Assembly (NCBI GenBank): GCA_018664075.1 | Contig: JABJOY010000074.1 | Span: 241-64,240, forward strand | Source of the DNA: Porticoccaceae bacterium | GTDB lineage: Bacteria > Pseudomonadota > Gammaproteobacteria > Pseudomonadales > Porticoccaceae | Direction: 5' to 3' | Length of the DNA: 64,000 nucleotides | The notes under the pieces: generated by a model | The model's database searches: none | Told to the model about the DNA's origin: nothing | The model's input: the letters and a program-made list of their open reading frames with translations, nothing else | In this document: positions 39,524-49,904 of the stretch, piece after piece | Layout of the letters: each line of letters begins with the position of its first letter | Position numbering within the stretch: the first letter of the stretch is position 1 | Translations under genes and position numbers: made by a program

Positions 39524-40590
39524 TATTGAAAACTCCTCAGCGCCAGTCCCACCGCCAGCATCATCGCCGGCCCGTCATTGGCCAGGGCAGAGCGATTGAT
39601 ACTGGGATTGACCTGCATATTGGCCAGCAGATTGGCGACCTCGGTGGGCACAGACAGAGAGGCTTCCACATCGGCAACCAGCCCTTCAATGGCAGATACG
39701 CCACCGGCGAGGAATAGCTGGTCTATATAATTGTAGTTACTGGACGAGTAAAAGAACTGCAGGGATCTGCTTATATGCTGAATCAGAGATTCTTTGAATG
39801 GCGCAAGCACCTCTGACTCATAATCCTCTGGTAAACCGCCTTTGCGCTTGGCCTCTCCGGCCTCTTCCCAGGACAGTCCGTAGCGCCTTTGAATTTCTTC
39901 GGTCAGCTGTTTACCACCAAATAACTGCTCTCGAGAATAGATTGTTTTGCCATCCACCAGCACCGTAAAGGCAAACATGGTGGCGCCAATATCAGCGATT
40001 GCCACCACTTGGTCACTGCCCTGATCCAGCTGATCTTCCATCAGTCCGTAGGCACGCTCAATGGCAAAACCTTCGACATCCACTACTTTGGGGTTGAGTC
40101 CGGCGCTTTCCAGCGCCTGACGCCTGTGTTCGACATTCTCCTGACGACAGGCGGCGAGAAGCACTCTGACCAAGTCCTGATTGTTCTCCACCGGGCCAAT
40201 CACATCAAAGTCAAAAGCCACTTCTTCCATGGGGTAGGGAATATATTGATCTGCCTCGACCTCAATCTGCATTTCCAGCTGCAAGTCAGTGAGTCCGGCG
40301 GGCAATTCAATCTCTTTGGTAATCACTGAAGAGCCAGAAACGGCGACTGCGGTGTCGGTCAGTTTGGTACCAGAACGGTTGACCAGCTGCTCTACGGTCT
40401 TGGCCAGGGCATCTAAATCGGCGATATTTTTTTCGACCACCGTGTTTGCGGGCAATGGCATCACTCTGTAGGCCTCGACTTTATAACCGTCGGCGGACTG
40501 ACTGAGCTCGATTAATTTGACCGCGGAAGACGAGATATCCAGCCCCAACATGGGTTTGGCCGGTTTTGACAAGAAATCTAAAAATCCCAT
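39523..40590 (-). CDS. pilM: Type IV pilus protein PilM
   Basis: LGLDISSSAVK, EADQYIPY, DIG, FGG, LAGG; FtsA/actin-like. Confidence 0.95.
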   Translation of the reverse strand: MGFLDFLSKPAKPMLGLDISSSAVKLIELSQSADGYKVEAYRVMPLPANTVVEKNIADLDALAKTVEQLVNRSGTKLTDTAVAVSGSSVITKEIELPAGLTDLQLEMQIEVEADQYIPYPMEEVAFDFDVIGPVENNQDLVRVLLAACRQENVEHRRQALESAGLNPKVVDVEGFAIERAYGLMEDQLDQGSDQVVAIADIGATMFAFTVLVDGKTIYSREQLFGGKQLTEEIQRRYGLSWEEAGEAKRKGGLPEDYESEVLAPFKESLIQHISRSLQFFYSSSNYNYIDQLFLAGGVSAIEGLVADVEASLSVPTEVANLLANMQVNPSINRSALANDGPAMMLAVGLALRSFQ

Positions 40591-40727
40591 TACTTAGTTA
40601 TCATCCTTTATTTTTGCGGCCAACCGTGGCTAGAAGCGACATTAACAATGTTTCCACAGCCTGCAAATGATGCACTTCACATTCTCTACACCTTATAATA
40701 GACGCTGATTATTATGGTGCCTGAAAA

Positions 40728-43229
40728 ATGCGGTCCACAAGTAAGCGTAAATTACTAAAATCTCTGGCAATTCTGTCTGTGCTGGGTGCCGGGGGGTTCC
40801 TTGTAGTGGCCTCCTGCCTCTATCTGTACCTTAGCCCAAAACTGCCCTCAGTCGAGGAACTAAAGGAGATCGAGTTACAAATTCCACTGCGAATTCATTC
40901 ACAAGATTTGAAAGTTATTGCCGAGTTTGGCGAAAAGAAGCGTTCGCCGGTGAGTTTTGATGAAATACCCCAGCCGATGATCGATGCATTTTTGGCTGCG
41001 GAGGACGACAGCTTTTTTGAACACCGGGGCATAGTGATTTCCGGCCTGGCCCGCGCAGCCATGGAACTTATTACCACAGGCTCCATTCGCAGTGGCGGCA
41101 GCACCATCACCATGCAGGTAGCGCGCAACTTCTTTCTTAGCAAGCGTCAGGAATTTACCCGCAAATTCAATGAGATACTGCTGTCCTTTAGAATTGAAGA
41201 AGAACTGAGCAAGCAGGAGATCCTGTCTCTTTATACCAACAAGATTTATTTCGGCAAAAGGGCCTATGGCGTAGGTGCCGCAGCTCAGGTTTATTATGGC
41301 AAAACCCTGGACCAACTGACATTGGCCGAGATCGCCACCATCGCCGGGCTACCCAAGGCACCGTCCAGATACAATCCCCTTGCCAATGCCGAGCGGTCTC
41401 TGGAGCGCCGCAACTGGATACTGGGGCGCATGTTAGGCCTGGGTAATATTGACCAGGAGCAGTACAACCAGGCTATTGCCGAAGTTGACAGCGCTAGCTA
41501 TCACGGCTCGATCTCCGAGTTAGATGCCGCCTATGCCGCAGAAATGGTACGTCAGGAAGTGGTAGAAAAATTTGGCTTGAAAGCCTACACCGAAGGTTAC
41601 ACCGCCATCACCACATTGGATTCCAAGTTGCAGAGCGCCGGCGTCAAAGCACTGCAGGCAGGCATTATGGCCTATGATCAGCGCCATGGTTACAGGGGTA
41701 CAGAACAAGCCGCAGTTGCAGAAGAAGAATGGGAGCAGACATTGCGCGACGCCCCTATTTACGGCGGGCTGGAACCCGCGATCATCACCGATGTGGCCGA
41801 AGACCATCTGCTGTTACTCACCAGAGACGGCCTGTCAGTACCTTTAAACTGGGCCGATGGTCTGAAAAATCTGCGACTGTATAAAACTGTTAATGCCCGC
41901 ACTGCGCCAATCACCTCAGCCGCCGAGCTGTTTTCCCGGGGAGACCTGATTCGCATTCAACGCCATGCCGACAACAGGGTCAGTCTTGCACAGCTGCCAG
42001 TGGCTCAGGCTGCAATGGTAGCTCTGGCACCAGAAAATGGTGGTATCAGAGCTATTGTTGGCGGTTTTGATTATCGCCAGAGTCGCTTTAACAGAATTAC
42101 CCAGGCAACCCGTCAACCTGGGTCAAACTTTAAACCCTTTATCTATACCACGGCACTTAAAAATGGATTTACACCGGCATCCATTATCAATGATGCACCA
42201 GTAGTATTTGATGACAACAAACTGGAAGAGACTTGGCGACCGGAAAATGACGGCGGCAAATTCTATGGGCCCACGCGACTGCGCGAGGCTCTTTACAGAT
42301 CCCGCAACCTGGTGTCGATTCGCCTGCTGCGTCGCATGGGTATCGACAGAACATTGGAAAGCCTGCAAACCTTTGGTTTTGATACCAGCGAAATGCCTCT
42401 GGATCTCAGTCTTGCCCTTGGCAGTTATGCATTGACCCCTCTGGAAATCGCCCGCGGCTACGCGGTATTTGCCAATGGCGGTTATCTGATCAAACCCCAT
42501 ATCCTGGACAAGGTTATCGACCGCGATGGCAATGTGATCTACCAGTCAAACCCAGAGACTGTATGCGACCCCTGTGGCACTGATGCCATTGTCACCAATG
42601 AGGCAGAGTCGCAAAATATCGACCTGCAACTTGAAGAGCTATTGAATAATCTGGCCGAGGAATCGCTGCTTCAGGATGAACAGGACAGCTGGGAGGCCAT
42701 AGCCCAGGCCTTGCAGAACAGCAAAAAAGCAGAGACGATTCCTGCCAGGCAGGTGATCGATAAACAGACCGTATTCCTTATCGACTCTATGCTGAAAGAT
42801 GTTATCTTACGCGGCACTGGCACCAAGGCGAAAACACTTAAACGCTCAGATCTGGCGGGCAAAACAGGTACTACCAACGGTCCCAGAGATGCCTGGTTCT
42901 CCGGTTATTCCCCCCATTTGGTTGCCACTGCCTGGGTTGGATTCGACGACAACTCGATGCTGGGGCGCAATGAATATGGTGGTTCTTCCGCCCTGCCCAT
43001 CTGGATTGAATTTATGGGCGCGGCTCTGGCAGACAAACCGCAGATACAGCGACCGCAGCCCAATGGCATTGTGATGGTCAAGATTGACGCCAAAACGGGA
43101 AAGCGAGTAGCTCCGAATCAGACCGGTATTTTTGAATTCTTTAAAACCGAAAATGTACCGGCACTACCAGATCCCGGCAGTTTGAAAGGCCCGGATAACC
43201 AGAGCCCACTGCCGGAGGACCTATTTTGA
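40728..43229 (+). CDS. mrcA: Penicillin-binding protein 1A
   Basis: AAEDDSFF, GGSTITMQVARN, RQPGSNFKP (SxxK), SRN, KTG; divergent from pilM. Confidence 0.97.
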   Translation: MRSTSKRKLLKSLAILSVLGAGGFLVVASCLYLYLSPKLPSVEELKEIELQIPLRIHSQDLKVIAEFGEKKRSPVSFDEIPQPMIDAFLAAEDDSFFEHRGIVISGLARAAMELITTGSIRSGGSTITMQVARNFFLSKRQEFTRKFNEILLSFRIEEELSKQEILSLYTNKIYFGKRAYGVGAAAQVYYGKTLDQLTLAEIATIAGLPKAPSRYNPLANAERSLERRNWILGRMLGLGNIDQEQYNQAIAEVDSASYHGSISELDAAYAAEMVRQEVVEKFGLKAYTEGYTAITTLDSKLQSAGVKALQAGIMAYDQRHGYRGTEQAAVAEEEWEQTLRDAPIYGGLEPAIITDVAEDHLLLLTRDGLSVPLNWADGLKNLRLYKTVNARTAPITSAAELFSRGDLIRIQRHADNRVSLAQLPVAQAAMVALAPENGGIRAIVGGFDYRQSRFNRITQATRQPGSNFKPFIYTTALKNGFTPASIINDAPVVFDDNKLEETWRPENDGGKFYGPTRLREALYRSRNLVSIRLLRRMGIDRTLESLQTFGFDTSEMPLDLSLALGSYALTPLEIARGYAVFANGGYLIKPHILDKVIDRDGNVIYQSNPETVCDPCGTDAIVTNEAESQNIDLQLEELLNNLAEESLLQDEQDSWEAIAQALQNSKKAETIPARQVIDKQTVFLIDSMLKDVILRGTGTKAKTLKRSDLAGKTGTTNGPRDAWFSGYSPHLVATAWVGFDDNSMLGRNEYGGSSALPIWIEFMGAALADKPQIQRPQPNGIVMVKIDAKTGKRVAPNQTGIFEFFKTENVPALPDPGSLKGPDNQSPLPEDLF

Positions 43230-43909
43230 TTCAGGCCTGGGCTGAAAGTTTTGACTGGCAGAGCATTGATACTGTGCTGCTGGATATGGACGGCACCTTG
43301 CTGGACCTGAATTTTGATACCTTCTTCTGGCTGCATCATCTGCCCAAGCGCTACAGTCAGCAGCACCAGCTTGAGGAACAGCAAGCTAAGGCAGATGTAC
43401 ACCAGCGGCTCATCGCCAAACGTGGCACGCTCGACTGGTACTGCACCGACTTCTGGTCCAGGGAGCTAAATGTAGATATTGTTGCCCTGAAGCAGGAAAT
43501 CCAACATCTGATTGGCGAGCGGCCCGAGGCTCTGGATTTTCTCAGGGCCCTAGGCCAGATTAACAAGCAGCGTATTCTGGTTACCAATGCCCACCGCGAC
43601 AGTGTTGAGATCAAATTCGCAGTCACCGGTATTGAGCCATTGCTGGATCAGGTAATCACTTCCCATGATTATGGCTATGCCAAGGAAGATCAGCGCTTCT
43701 GGCAGCAGCTGCAGCGCAGCACCGGCTTTGATCCGCAGAGAACATTATTTATTGATGACTCAAAGCCAGTGCTGAACTCGGCCAGAGACTACGGCATTGC
43801 GTATCTGCTGGCTATCGAAACCCCAGACAGCCAACAGCCCCCGGCGCCGGATCATGGCTATCCAGCTATCGGCCAATTCGCACAGATACTAGGGCTGGAC
43901 AATGGATAA
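43226..43909 (+). CDS. yrfG: GMP/IMP nucleotidase (HAD family)
   Basis: DMDGTLLDL, LVTNAH, FIDD; TTG start with GGAGG SD. Confidence 0.88.
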   Translation: MIQAWAESFDWQSIDTVLLDMDGTLLDLNFDTFFWLHHLPKRYSQQHQLEEQQAKADVHQRLIAKRGTLDWYCTDFWSRELNVDIVALKQEIQHLIGERPEALDFLRALGQINKQRILVTNAHRDSVEIKFAVTGIEPLLDQVITSHDYGYAKEDQRFWQQLQRSTGFDPQRTLFIDDSKPVLNSARDYGIAYLLAIETPDSQQPPAPDHGYPAIGQFAQILGLDNG

Positions 43910-44285
43910 CAGCGATACGGTCCGTATTGATAAATGGCTTTGGGCGGCCCGGTTTTATAAAACCCGCGGGCTCGCCAAAGCGGCAATTGAAGGGGGTAAG
44001 GTGCAGATCGACGGACAAAAGTCCAAGCCTAGCCGACCAGTAGAAGTGGGTATCCATATGAGTATTCGGCAGGGTTTAGATACTAGGATAGTTGAGGTTA
44101 TTGCCATCTCCAAGCATCGCCGCGGAGCCCCGGAGGCGCAGAAGCTGTATAGGGAAACCGAAGACAGCATTGCCCAGCGGGAAAAGCTCGCCGCCGAACG
44201 CAAGGCCTTTAATATTTCCACCCCGTCCAGTGAACGACCCAACAAAAAACAGCGCCGACAAATTCACCGTTTTTTAAGTAATTAA
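43902..44285 (+). CDS. hslR: Ribosome-associated heat shock protein Hsp15
   Basis: VRIDKWLWAARFYKTR S4 domain, RPNKKQRR. Confidence 0.95.
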   Translation: MDNSDTVRIDKWLWAARFYKTRGLAKAAIEGGKVQIDGQKSKPSRPVEVGIHMSIRQGLDTRIVEVIAISKHRRGAPEAQKLYRETEDSIAQREKLAAERKAFNISTPSSERPNKKQRRQIHRFLSN

Positions 44286-44322
44286 GGCTGCTATAAAGCC
44301 ATATTGCAGTACAATGCCCGCC

Positions 44323-45192
44323 ATGAACGATCATGACAGCAGACAGCGATTTCTTTTTGATGGCACTGATATCCGGGGGGAAATTACCTCCCTTGCTACC
44401 AGTTATCAAACTCTGGTCGCCCAGCAACAGTATCCCGAGCCCGTAGCCAAACTCTTCGGTGAATTTCTGGTGGCCGCCAGCTTGCTCAGCGCGACCCTTA
44501 AGTTCTCTGGAATTGTTACGATTCAAGCCATGGGCAATGGCCCGCTGAGTGCAATAATGGCGGAATGCTCCCAGGGCACTAAATTGCGCGGTATTGTGCG
44601 CGGCGACTTCGACGCTGGCAGCAAAGCCAAATGCCTGCAGGACTTTCTCGGCAATGCCAGCCTTGCCATTACCATTGAACCTGAGGGCGGCGAGCGCTAT
44701 CAGGGCATTGTGCCCATGGAATCAGACAATCTTAGCGGCTGTCTGGAGCATTATTTTAATCAGTCGGAACAACTGCCAACCCAGATAAAAATCAGCGCCG
44801 ATAAACAGCTTGCCACCGGTGTGCTGGTGCAGCAGATGCCGAACCGCGACACAGCGGAAAAGGTTGCCGCCGACTGGGCTCATATCTCAGCACTGATGCA
44901 AACATTGCAGGCCGAAGAGCAGTTGAGCCTGTCCCATGCAGAGCAGCTGTACAGATTATTCCACGAAGACGGGGTGCGCCTGTTCGAGCCAGAGGCACTG
45001 CATTTTTTCTGCAGCTGCTCGCGGCAGCGAACCGAGCAGGCATTAATTTCACTGGGCTCAGAGGAAATCTACGATATCTGCAAAGAGCAGGGCTCAGTGC
45101 AGATTACCTGTGAATTCTGTAACGAGAAATATGAGTTCCACAAAAACCATGTGGATGATATGTTTAGTAAACCACCACCCATCATTCATTAG
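44323..45192 (+). CDS. hslO: Redox-regulated chaperone Hsp33
   Basis: IRGEI, YQGIV, YFNQSEQLPT, CSCS..CEFC Zn motif; start most likely ATG 44323 (track uses 44314). Confidence 0.95.
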   Translation: MNDHDSRQRFLFDGTDIRGEITSLATSYQTLVAQQQYPEPVAKLFGEFLVAASLLSATLKFSGIVTIQAMGNGPLSAIMAECSQGTKLRGIVRGDFDAGSKAKCLQDFLGNASLAITIEPEGGERYQGIVPMESDNLSGCLEHYFNQSEQLPTQIKISADKQLATGVLVQQMPNRDTAEKVAADWAHISALMQTLQAEEQLSLSHAEQLYRLFHEDGVRLFEPEALHFFCSCSRQRTEQALISLGSEEIYDICKEQGSVQITCEFCNEKYEFHKNHVDDMFSKPPPIIH

Positions 45193-45218
45193 CAGCTGCA
45201 CTGGTTTTAACCGACCAT

Positions 45219-45254
45219 AAAAAAACCGCACTCCGAAAGAGCGCGGTTTTTTTT
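45219..45254. terminator. Bidirectional intrinsic terminator between hslO and the cytochrome c5 gene
   Basis: A7-CCGC-A-CTC-CGAAA-GAG-C-GCGG-T8 between convergent genes. Confidence 0.85.
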
Positions 45255-45300
45255 GTGTCAGGCATTTTTATATGCCAGATACTGGTCTTTTATATGACTG

Positions 45301-45732
45301 TTACTTACTGTTATCCAGAAGATAATCAATGGCTGCAATCACTTCCTCGTCAGAGCAATCCATGCAGGTGCCGCGGGCCGGCATGCCATTAATACCATTG
45401 ATGGCATTGGTATAAACAGTCTCGATACCTTTCTCCAGGCGTGCAGTCCAGGCTCCAGCATCTCCGAACATAGGCGCGCCAGCTACACCGGAATTATGAC
45501 AGGCCATGCAGTTTCTATTGTAAATGGCATCCCCTGCGCGGGCCGAACCACCAGCAGAGACTGCGACAGCAGCCACAACCTGGCCGGCTTTAACCACGTG
45601 CCCAGCAGGTGCAATACGCTCTGCTACTGCCTGCTCCTGAGCTGCGGTAAGTTCTTGATTCTGTTTGGCACTACAACCCCAGAGCATGGCACAGGAAATT
45701 GTGATTAATGCGAAAATTCTTAAGTGGCTCAT
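45301..45732 (-). CDS. Cytochrome c5 family protein, probable lipoprotein
   Basis: Start MSHLRIF (GGGAG SD); LWG|C lipobox; ERIAPAG, CMACH, APMFGDAGAW, GINGMPARGTCMDCS. Confidence 0.88.
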   Translation of the reverse strand: MSHLRIFALITISCAMLWGCSAKQNQELTAAQEQAVAERIAPAGHVVKAGQVVAAVAVSAGGSARAGDAIYNRNCMACHNSGVAGAPMFGDAGAWTARLEKGIETVYTNAINGINGMPARGTCMDCSDEEVIAAIDYLLDNSK

Positions 45733-45822
45733 TGTTGCTCCCATGAATGTAAAAAATCTAATATAAAATCTGTGGCGGGCATTATACAGCAAGCTGCGCC
45801 CTCAACCAGACTAAGTTATAAA

Positions 45823-46830
45823 CTAGCCCAGAGGCCTTATTCCCACAGCGCCGCGCACTTTGGCAATCAGCGCAGAACTCTGCTGCCGCGCCTTTTGCGC
45901 GCCCTGCTGTAATACGGCCTCAACCTGCGCAGGGTTTTCCAGCAGCTGAAGATATTTCTCTCGCGGCTCACGCAGCTGTTCATTGACCAGCTCAAACAGC
46001 TGTCGCTTGGCTTCTCCCCAGGCAATGCCATTGGCAAATTCGGCACGCATCTGTTGGCTTTGATCCTTGCTGGCAAAGGCCTGCCAGATTTGGAATACCG
46101 CACTGGTATCCGGATCCTTGGGCTCACCTGGCTCAAGCAGATTAGTCTTAATCTTGTTGATATGCTTTTTAAGCTTCTTCTCCGTCAGGAATAACGGAAT
46201 AGTATTTCCATAACTTTTACTCATCTTGCGCCCATCCAGGCCCTGCAATATGGCAACATCATCATCCACCTGAGCAGCAGGCAACACAAAGTGCTCGCCG
46301 TAGTGATGATTAAACCGCTGGGCAATATCTCGCGCCATCTCAACATGTTGAATCTGGTCACGGCCAACGGGAATTTTATGGGCATTAAACATAAGGATAT
46401 CCGCTGCCATTAAAATCGGATAGCTAAACAGCCCCATATTAATGGCCGTGTCATCATCTTCCCCCCCATCAATATTAGCCTGCACCGCTGCTTTGTAGGC
46501 ATGGGCTCTGTTCATCAGTCCCTTGGCAGTCATGCAGGTCAATAGCCAGGTCAGTTCGGGGATTTCAGGGATATCGGACTGGCGATAGAAAGTAACCCTG
46601 TCTGTATCCAGACCCAGAGCCAGCCAGGCAGCGGCAATTTCCAATGTCGACTGATGCACCAGATCTGGATCCTGAGCCTTGATCAGTGCATGGTAGTCAG
46701 CCAAAAAGAAAAAGGACTCAACCTCTCCCGAGCGACTGGCCTCAATAGCAGGCCTGATTGCACCCACATAGTTACCCAGATGGGGCGACCCAGAAGTGGT
46801 AATACCGGTTAAAACGCGTTGTTGGCTCAT
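45823..46830 (-). CDS. trpS: Tryptophanyl-tRNA synthetase
   Basis: HLGN (HIGH), [14 protein letters not shown]. Confidence 0.96.
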   Translation of the reverse strand: MSQQRVLTGITTSGSPHLGNYVGAIRPAIEASRSGEVESFFFLADYHALIKAQDPDLVHQSTLEIAAAWLALGLDTDRVTFYRQSDIPEIPELTWLLTCMTAKGLMNRAHAYKAAVQANIDGGEDDDTAINMGLFSYPILMAADILMFNAHKIPVGRDQIQHVEMARDIAQRFNHHYGEHFVLPAAQVDDDVAILQGLDGRKMSKSYGNTIPLFLTEKKLKKHINKIKTNLLEPGEPKDPDTSAVFQIWQAFASKDQSQQMRAEFANGIAWGEAKRQLFELVNEQLREPREKYLQLLENPAQVEAVLQQGAQKARQQSSALIAKVRGAVGIRPLG

Positions 46831-46879
46831 ACAAACTCTATTAATTTAAGATGGCGGCTATGATAGTGCATCACAGAGG

Positions 46880-48193
46880 TTACTCAACCTCTATAGCTAA
46901 ATTTCCCGATTTATTAAAAAATCCCTGCAGCACCTGAGTCAGCCGCTCCGGATCCTCAAAACCTGTCAGCTCGCGACAGGAGTGCATGGCCAGCTGGGGG
47001 ATACCCACATCCAGCGTCGGCACACCTAGCCGCGACGAAGTCACCGGGCCTATGGTACTGCCGCAGCCCATATCGCTGCGTGAGACAAAAGTCTGTACTG
47101 GCACATCAACATCGGCGCAGAGCTGCCTGAACATGCTGGCACTTAAACTATTGGTGGCATAGCGCTGTTTAACATTGACCTTGATCACCGGTCCGCCATT
47201 TAACATTGGCATATGGGCAGCATCATGTTTATCGGCAAAATTGGGGTGCGCCCCATGGGCATTGTCACAGGAGATCATCAGTGAATTATCCAACAGTCGA
47301 CTGAGACTGGATTCGCCGTTGGCGGCAACAATACGCTCAATCACAGCCTCTAGAAATGGCCCGTCAGCGCCTACAGCAGAAACACTGCCAACCTCTTCAT
47401 GATCATTGCACACCATCAGGCAGGTCTGTTCGCCGCCGGTTTGCAGCAGAGCCTCTGTGGCCACATAGCAGCTAAGCAGGTTATCCAGACGCGCTGAAGC
47501 AAAAAAGTTTTGTTTTAAACCAACCGTGGCCGCTGGCTGAGTATCATAGAGACAGAGTTCATAATCCAACACCTCTGCCTTGGCAGGCAAGAACTGCTCT
47601 GCCAGCAAGGATCTGAAATCCCCTGTGCCATCTTTATCGATCATAACCAGAGGCGGGATATCAGACTGGGCATTCACAGTGCGTTCAGAATTAGCCTGAC
47701 GGTCCAGATGAATCGCCAAGCTTGGAATAATGGCAACCGGCCGTTTAAAGTCCACCAGCTTCTGTACCAACTGCTGAGCCTTATTGCGGTAAACCAAACG
47801 GCCAGCAATGGACAGATCGCGGTCGAACCAGGGGTTGAGCAACGCACCACCATAGACTTCAACCGCCAGCTGAAAATAACCATTGCGGTGCAATTCAGGC
47901 TGCGGCTTGATCATCAGGCATGGACTATCTGTATGGGCACCAACCATGCGCAAACCAGACTCGGACAGCGCAGCAGAACCCACCACAAAGGCTATAATAG
48001 AAGAGCCATTGCGCACCACATAATGTTTGGCACCGGCACTTAAAGACCAGTCTGAGGCCTCATCTAACTCAGTAAACCCCGTGGACTGAAGACGCTCGGC
48101 CATAGATTTAACCGCATGAAATGGTGTTGGCGAGGCATTCAGAAACTCAGCCAGCCCCTGATTGAACTGCTCCGCACTATTGCCTTTACTCAT
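46880..48193 (-). CDS. M18 family aminopeptidase
   Basis: SPTPFHAV, GAHTDSP, RLDNL, DHEEVGS, DNAH, CGSTIG, MHSCRE. Confidence 0.93.
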   Translation of the reverse strand: MSKGNSAEQFNQGLAEFLNASPTPFHAVKSMAERLQSTGFTELDEASDWSLSAGAKHYVVRNGSSIIAFVVGSAALSESGLRMVGAHTDSPCLMIKPQPELHRNGYFQLAVEVYGGALLNPWFDRDLSIAGRLVYRNKAQQLVQKLVDFKRPVAIIPSLAIHLDRQANSERTVNAQSDIPPLVMIDKDGTGDFRSLLAEQFLPAKAEVLDYELCLYDTQPAATVGLKQNFFASARLDNLLSCYVATEALLQTGGEQTCLMVCNDHEEVGSVSAVGADGPFLEAVIERIVAANGESSLSRLLDNSLMISCDNAHGAHPNFADKHDAAHMPMLNGGPVIKVNVKQRYATNSLSASMFRQLCADVDVPVQTFVSRSDMGCGSTIGPVTSSRLGVPTLDVGIPQLAMHSCRELTGFEDPERLTQVLQGFFNKSGNLAIEVE

Positions 48194-48208
48194 AATCTTA
48201 TGTCCTTT

Positions 48209-49096
48209 CTATTTTGCCGCTAAATTCTTTAAGCGGAATAACAAACTGGAGGTGTCGTAGCGACTGCCACCCAATTTCTCCACCTGCTCATAGTACTGGT
48301 CCACTAATTGCGTGACCGGCAATTGCGCGCCGTTGCGCGTCGCCTCTTGCAGAGCAAAGGCCAGATCTTTGCGCATCCACTGCACCGCAAAACCGTGTTC
48401 ATATTCACCAGCTAACATGGTTTTATAGCGGTTTTCCATCTGCCATGACTGGGCTGCCCCTTTACTGATAACCTCAATCACCTGCTCTGCATCCAGACCA
48501 GCACGCTCAGCAAAATCCAGCCCCTCGGCAAGCCCCTGTACCAGGCCTGCAATACAAATTTGATTGACCATTTTACACAGCTGCCCGCTGCCCTGATCAC
48601 CCATTAACTGAACTGACTTGGCATAACAGCCTATTATTGGCTCTACCTGCTCAAAGGTCTCAGCCTCACCGCCACACATTACTGTTAACTGAGCATTTTC
48701 CGCGCCCTGCTGCCCGCCCGAAACAGGCCCGCCGATAAAGTCTGCACCTGCCTTTTTAGCTTCTGCGACCATGCGTTTGGCCAGTCCTGCAGAGGTGGTC
48801 GTTTGATCAATAATAATTGATCCCGGTTTAACCCCTGCCAGTACCCCATGTTCAGACAACATCACCTCGGTGACATCATCATCGTTGCCTACACAGAGTA
48901 TAATAATATCAGCGTTGCACACTGCTTCAGCCGGACATAGGGCAATCTCACCCCTATAGTCCCCGACCCAGCGCCGAGCAACAGCACTGGTGCGATTGTA
49001 CACAGTCACCGCATAATCATTACGACTCAGCCAACCGGCCATTGGGTAACCCATAACCCCGAGCCCAATAAAAGCTAACCGGTATTTGTTGCTCAT
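48209..49096 (-). CDS. NAD(P)-dependent beta-hydroxyacid dehydrogenase family oxidoreductase
   Basis: GLGVMG, YNRT, PVSGG, KMVNQ, MRKDL. Confidence 0.9.
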   Translation of the reverse strand: MSNKYRLAFIGLGVMGYPMAGWLSRNDYAVTVYNRTSAVARRWVGDYRGEIALCPAEAVCNADIIILCVGNDDDVTEVMLSEHGVLAGVKPGSIIIDQTTTSAGLAKRMVAEAKKAGADFIGGPVSGGQQGAENAQLTVMCGGEAETFEQVEPIIGCYAKSVQLMGDQGSGQLCKMVNQICIAGLVQGLAEGLDFAERAGLDAEQVIEVISKGAAQSWQMENRYKTMLAGEYEHGFAVQWMRKDLAFALQEATRNGAQLPVTQLVDQYYEQVEKLGGSRYDTSSLLFRLKNLAAK

Positions 49097-49097
49097 A

Positions 49098-49901
49098 TTA
49101 TTGGGTCCAGAGAATAAAAATTAACCCTGCTCCCAGTAGCAACCGATAGATCACAAAGGGCATCATTCCGACTCGTTCAACAAAGCGTAAAAAGCTATGT
49201 ATACAGAGGTAGGCGGTAATTCCTGACAATGCAGTACCCAACAGTATTTCAAACCAGGCCACAGATTCTTCGCCTAATAACTGCAAACCTTTATAGCCAC
49301 CACTGAGCGCAATAATGGGAACGGCCATTAAAAATGAAAATCGTGCCGCCGAGGTGCGATCAAAACCCAGTGCAAGCACCGCAGTCATGGTAATACCAGA
49401 TCTTGATGTCCCTGGGATCAGTGCCAGAGCCTGAGCAAAGCCTACTATAAGCGCAGTTTTCCAGGTTAGCTGATCAAGGGTTTTACTGCCGCGATAGCGC
49501 TGATCTGCCCAGCCCAACAACAGGCCAAACAATATAGTGGTGGTTGCAATAACCAGTATAGAGCGTAGATTGGCCTCAATAAAATCGACAAAAAGCAAAC
49601 CTGCCAATGCAGCGGGAACAGTGGCAACAATAATCGACCAGGCCAGCAGACTCGATGCTGTGCTGGGCTGGCTGGGGGACAAACTGGTAAACCACTCAGA
49701 TATTAAGAGCCTGAGATCGGAGCGAAAATAAACTATTACGGCCACCAAGGAGCCCACATGCACTGCCACATCAAAGGCCAGCCCCTGATCAGACCAGCCC
49801 AAAACTTGAGCAGGCAGAATTAGGTGGGCAGAGCTGGAAATGGGCAAAAATTCTGATAGTCCCTGAATCAAAGCCAGCCACACAGTTTGAATAATATCCA
49901 T
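49098..49901 (-). CDS. uppP: Undecaprenyl-diphosphate phosphatase
   Basis: QGLSEFLPISSSAH, PGTSRSG. Confidence 0.96.
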   Translation of the reverse strand: MDIIQTVWLALIQGLSEFLPISSSAHLILPAQVLGWSDQGLAFDVAVHVGSLVAVIVYFRSDLRLLISEWFTSLSPSQPSTASSLLAWSIIVATVPAALAGLLFVDFIEANLRSILVIATTTILFGLLLGWADQRYRGSKTLDQLTWKTALIVGFAQALALIPGTSRSGITMTAVLALGFDRTSAARFSFLMAVPIIALSGGYKGLQLLGEESVAWFEILLGTALSGITAYLCIHSFLRFVERVGMMPFVIYRLLLGAGLIFILWTQ

Positions 49902-49904
49902 ATA

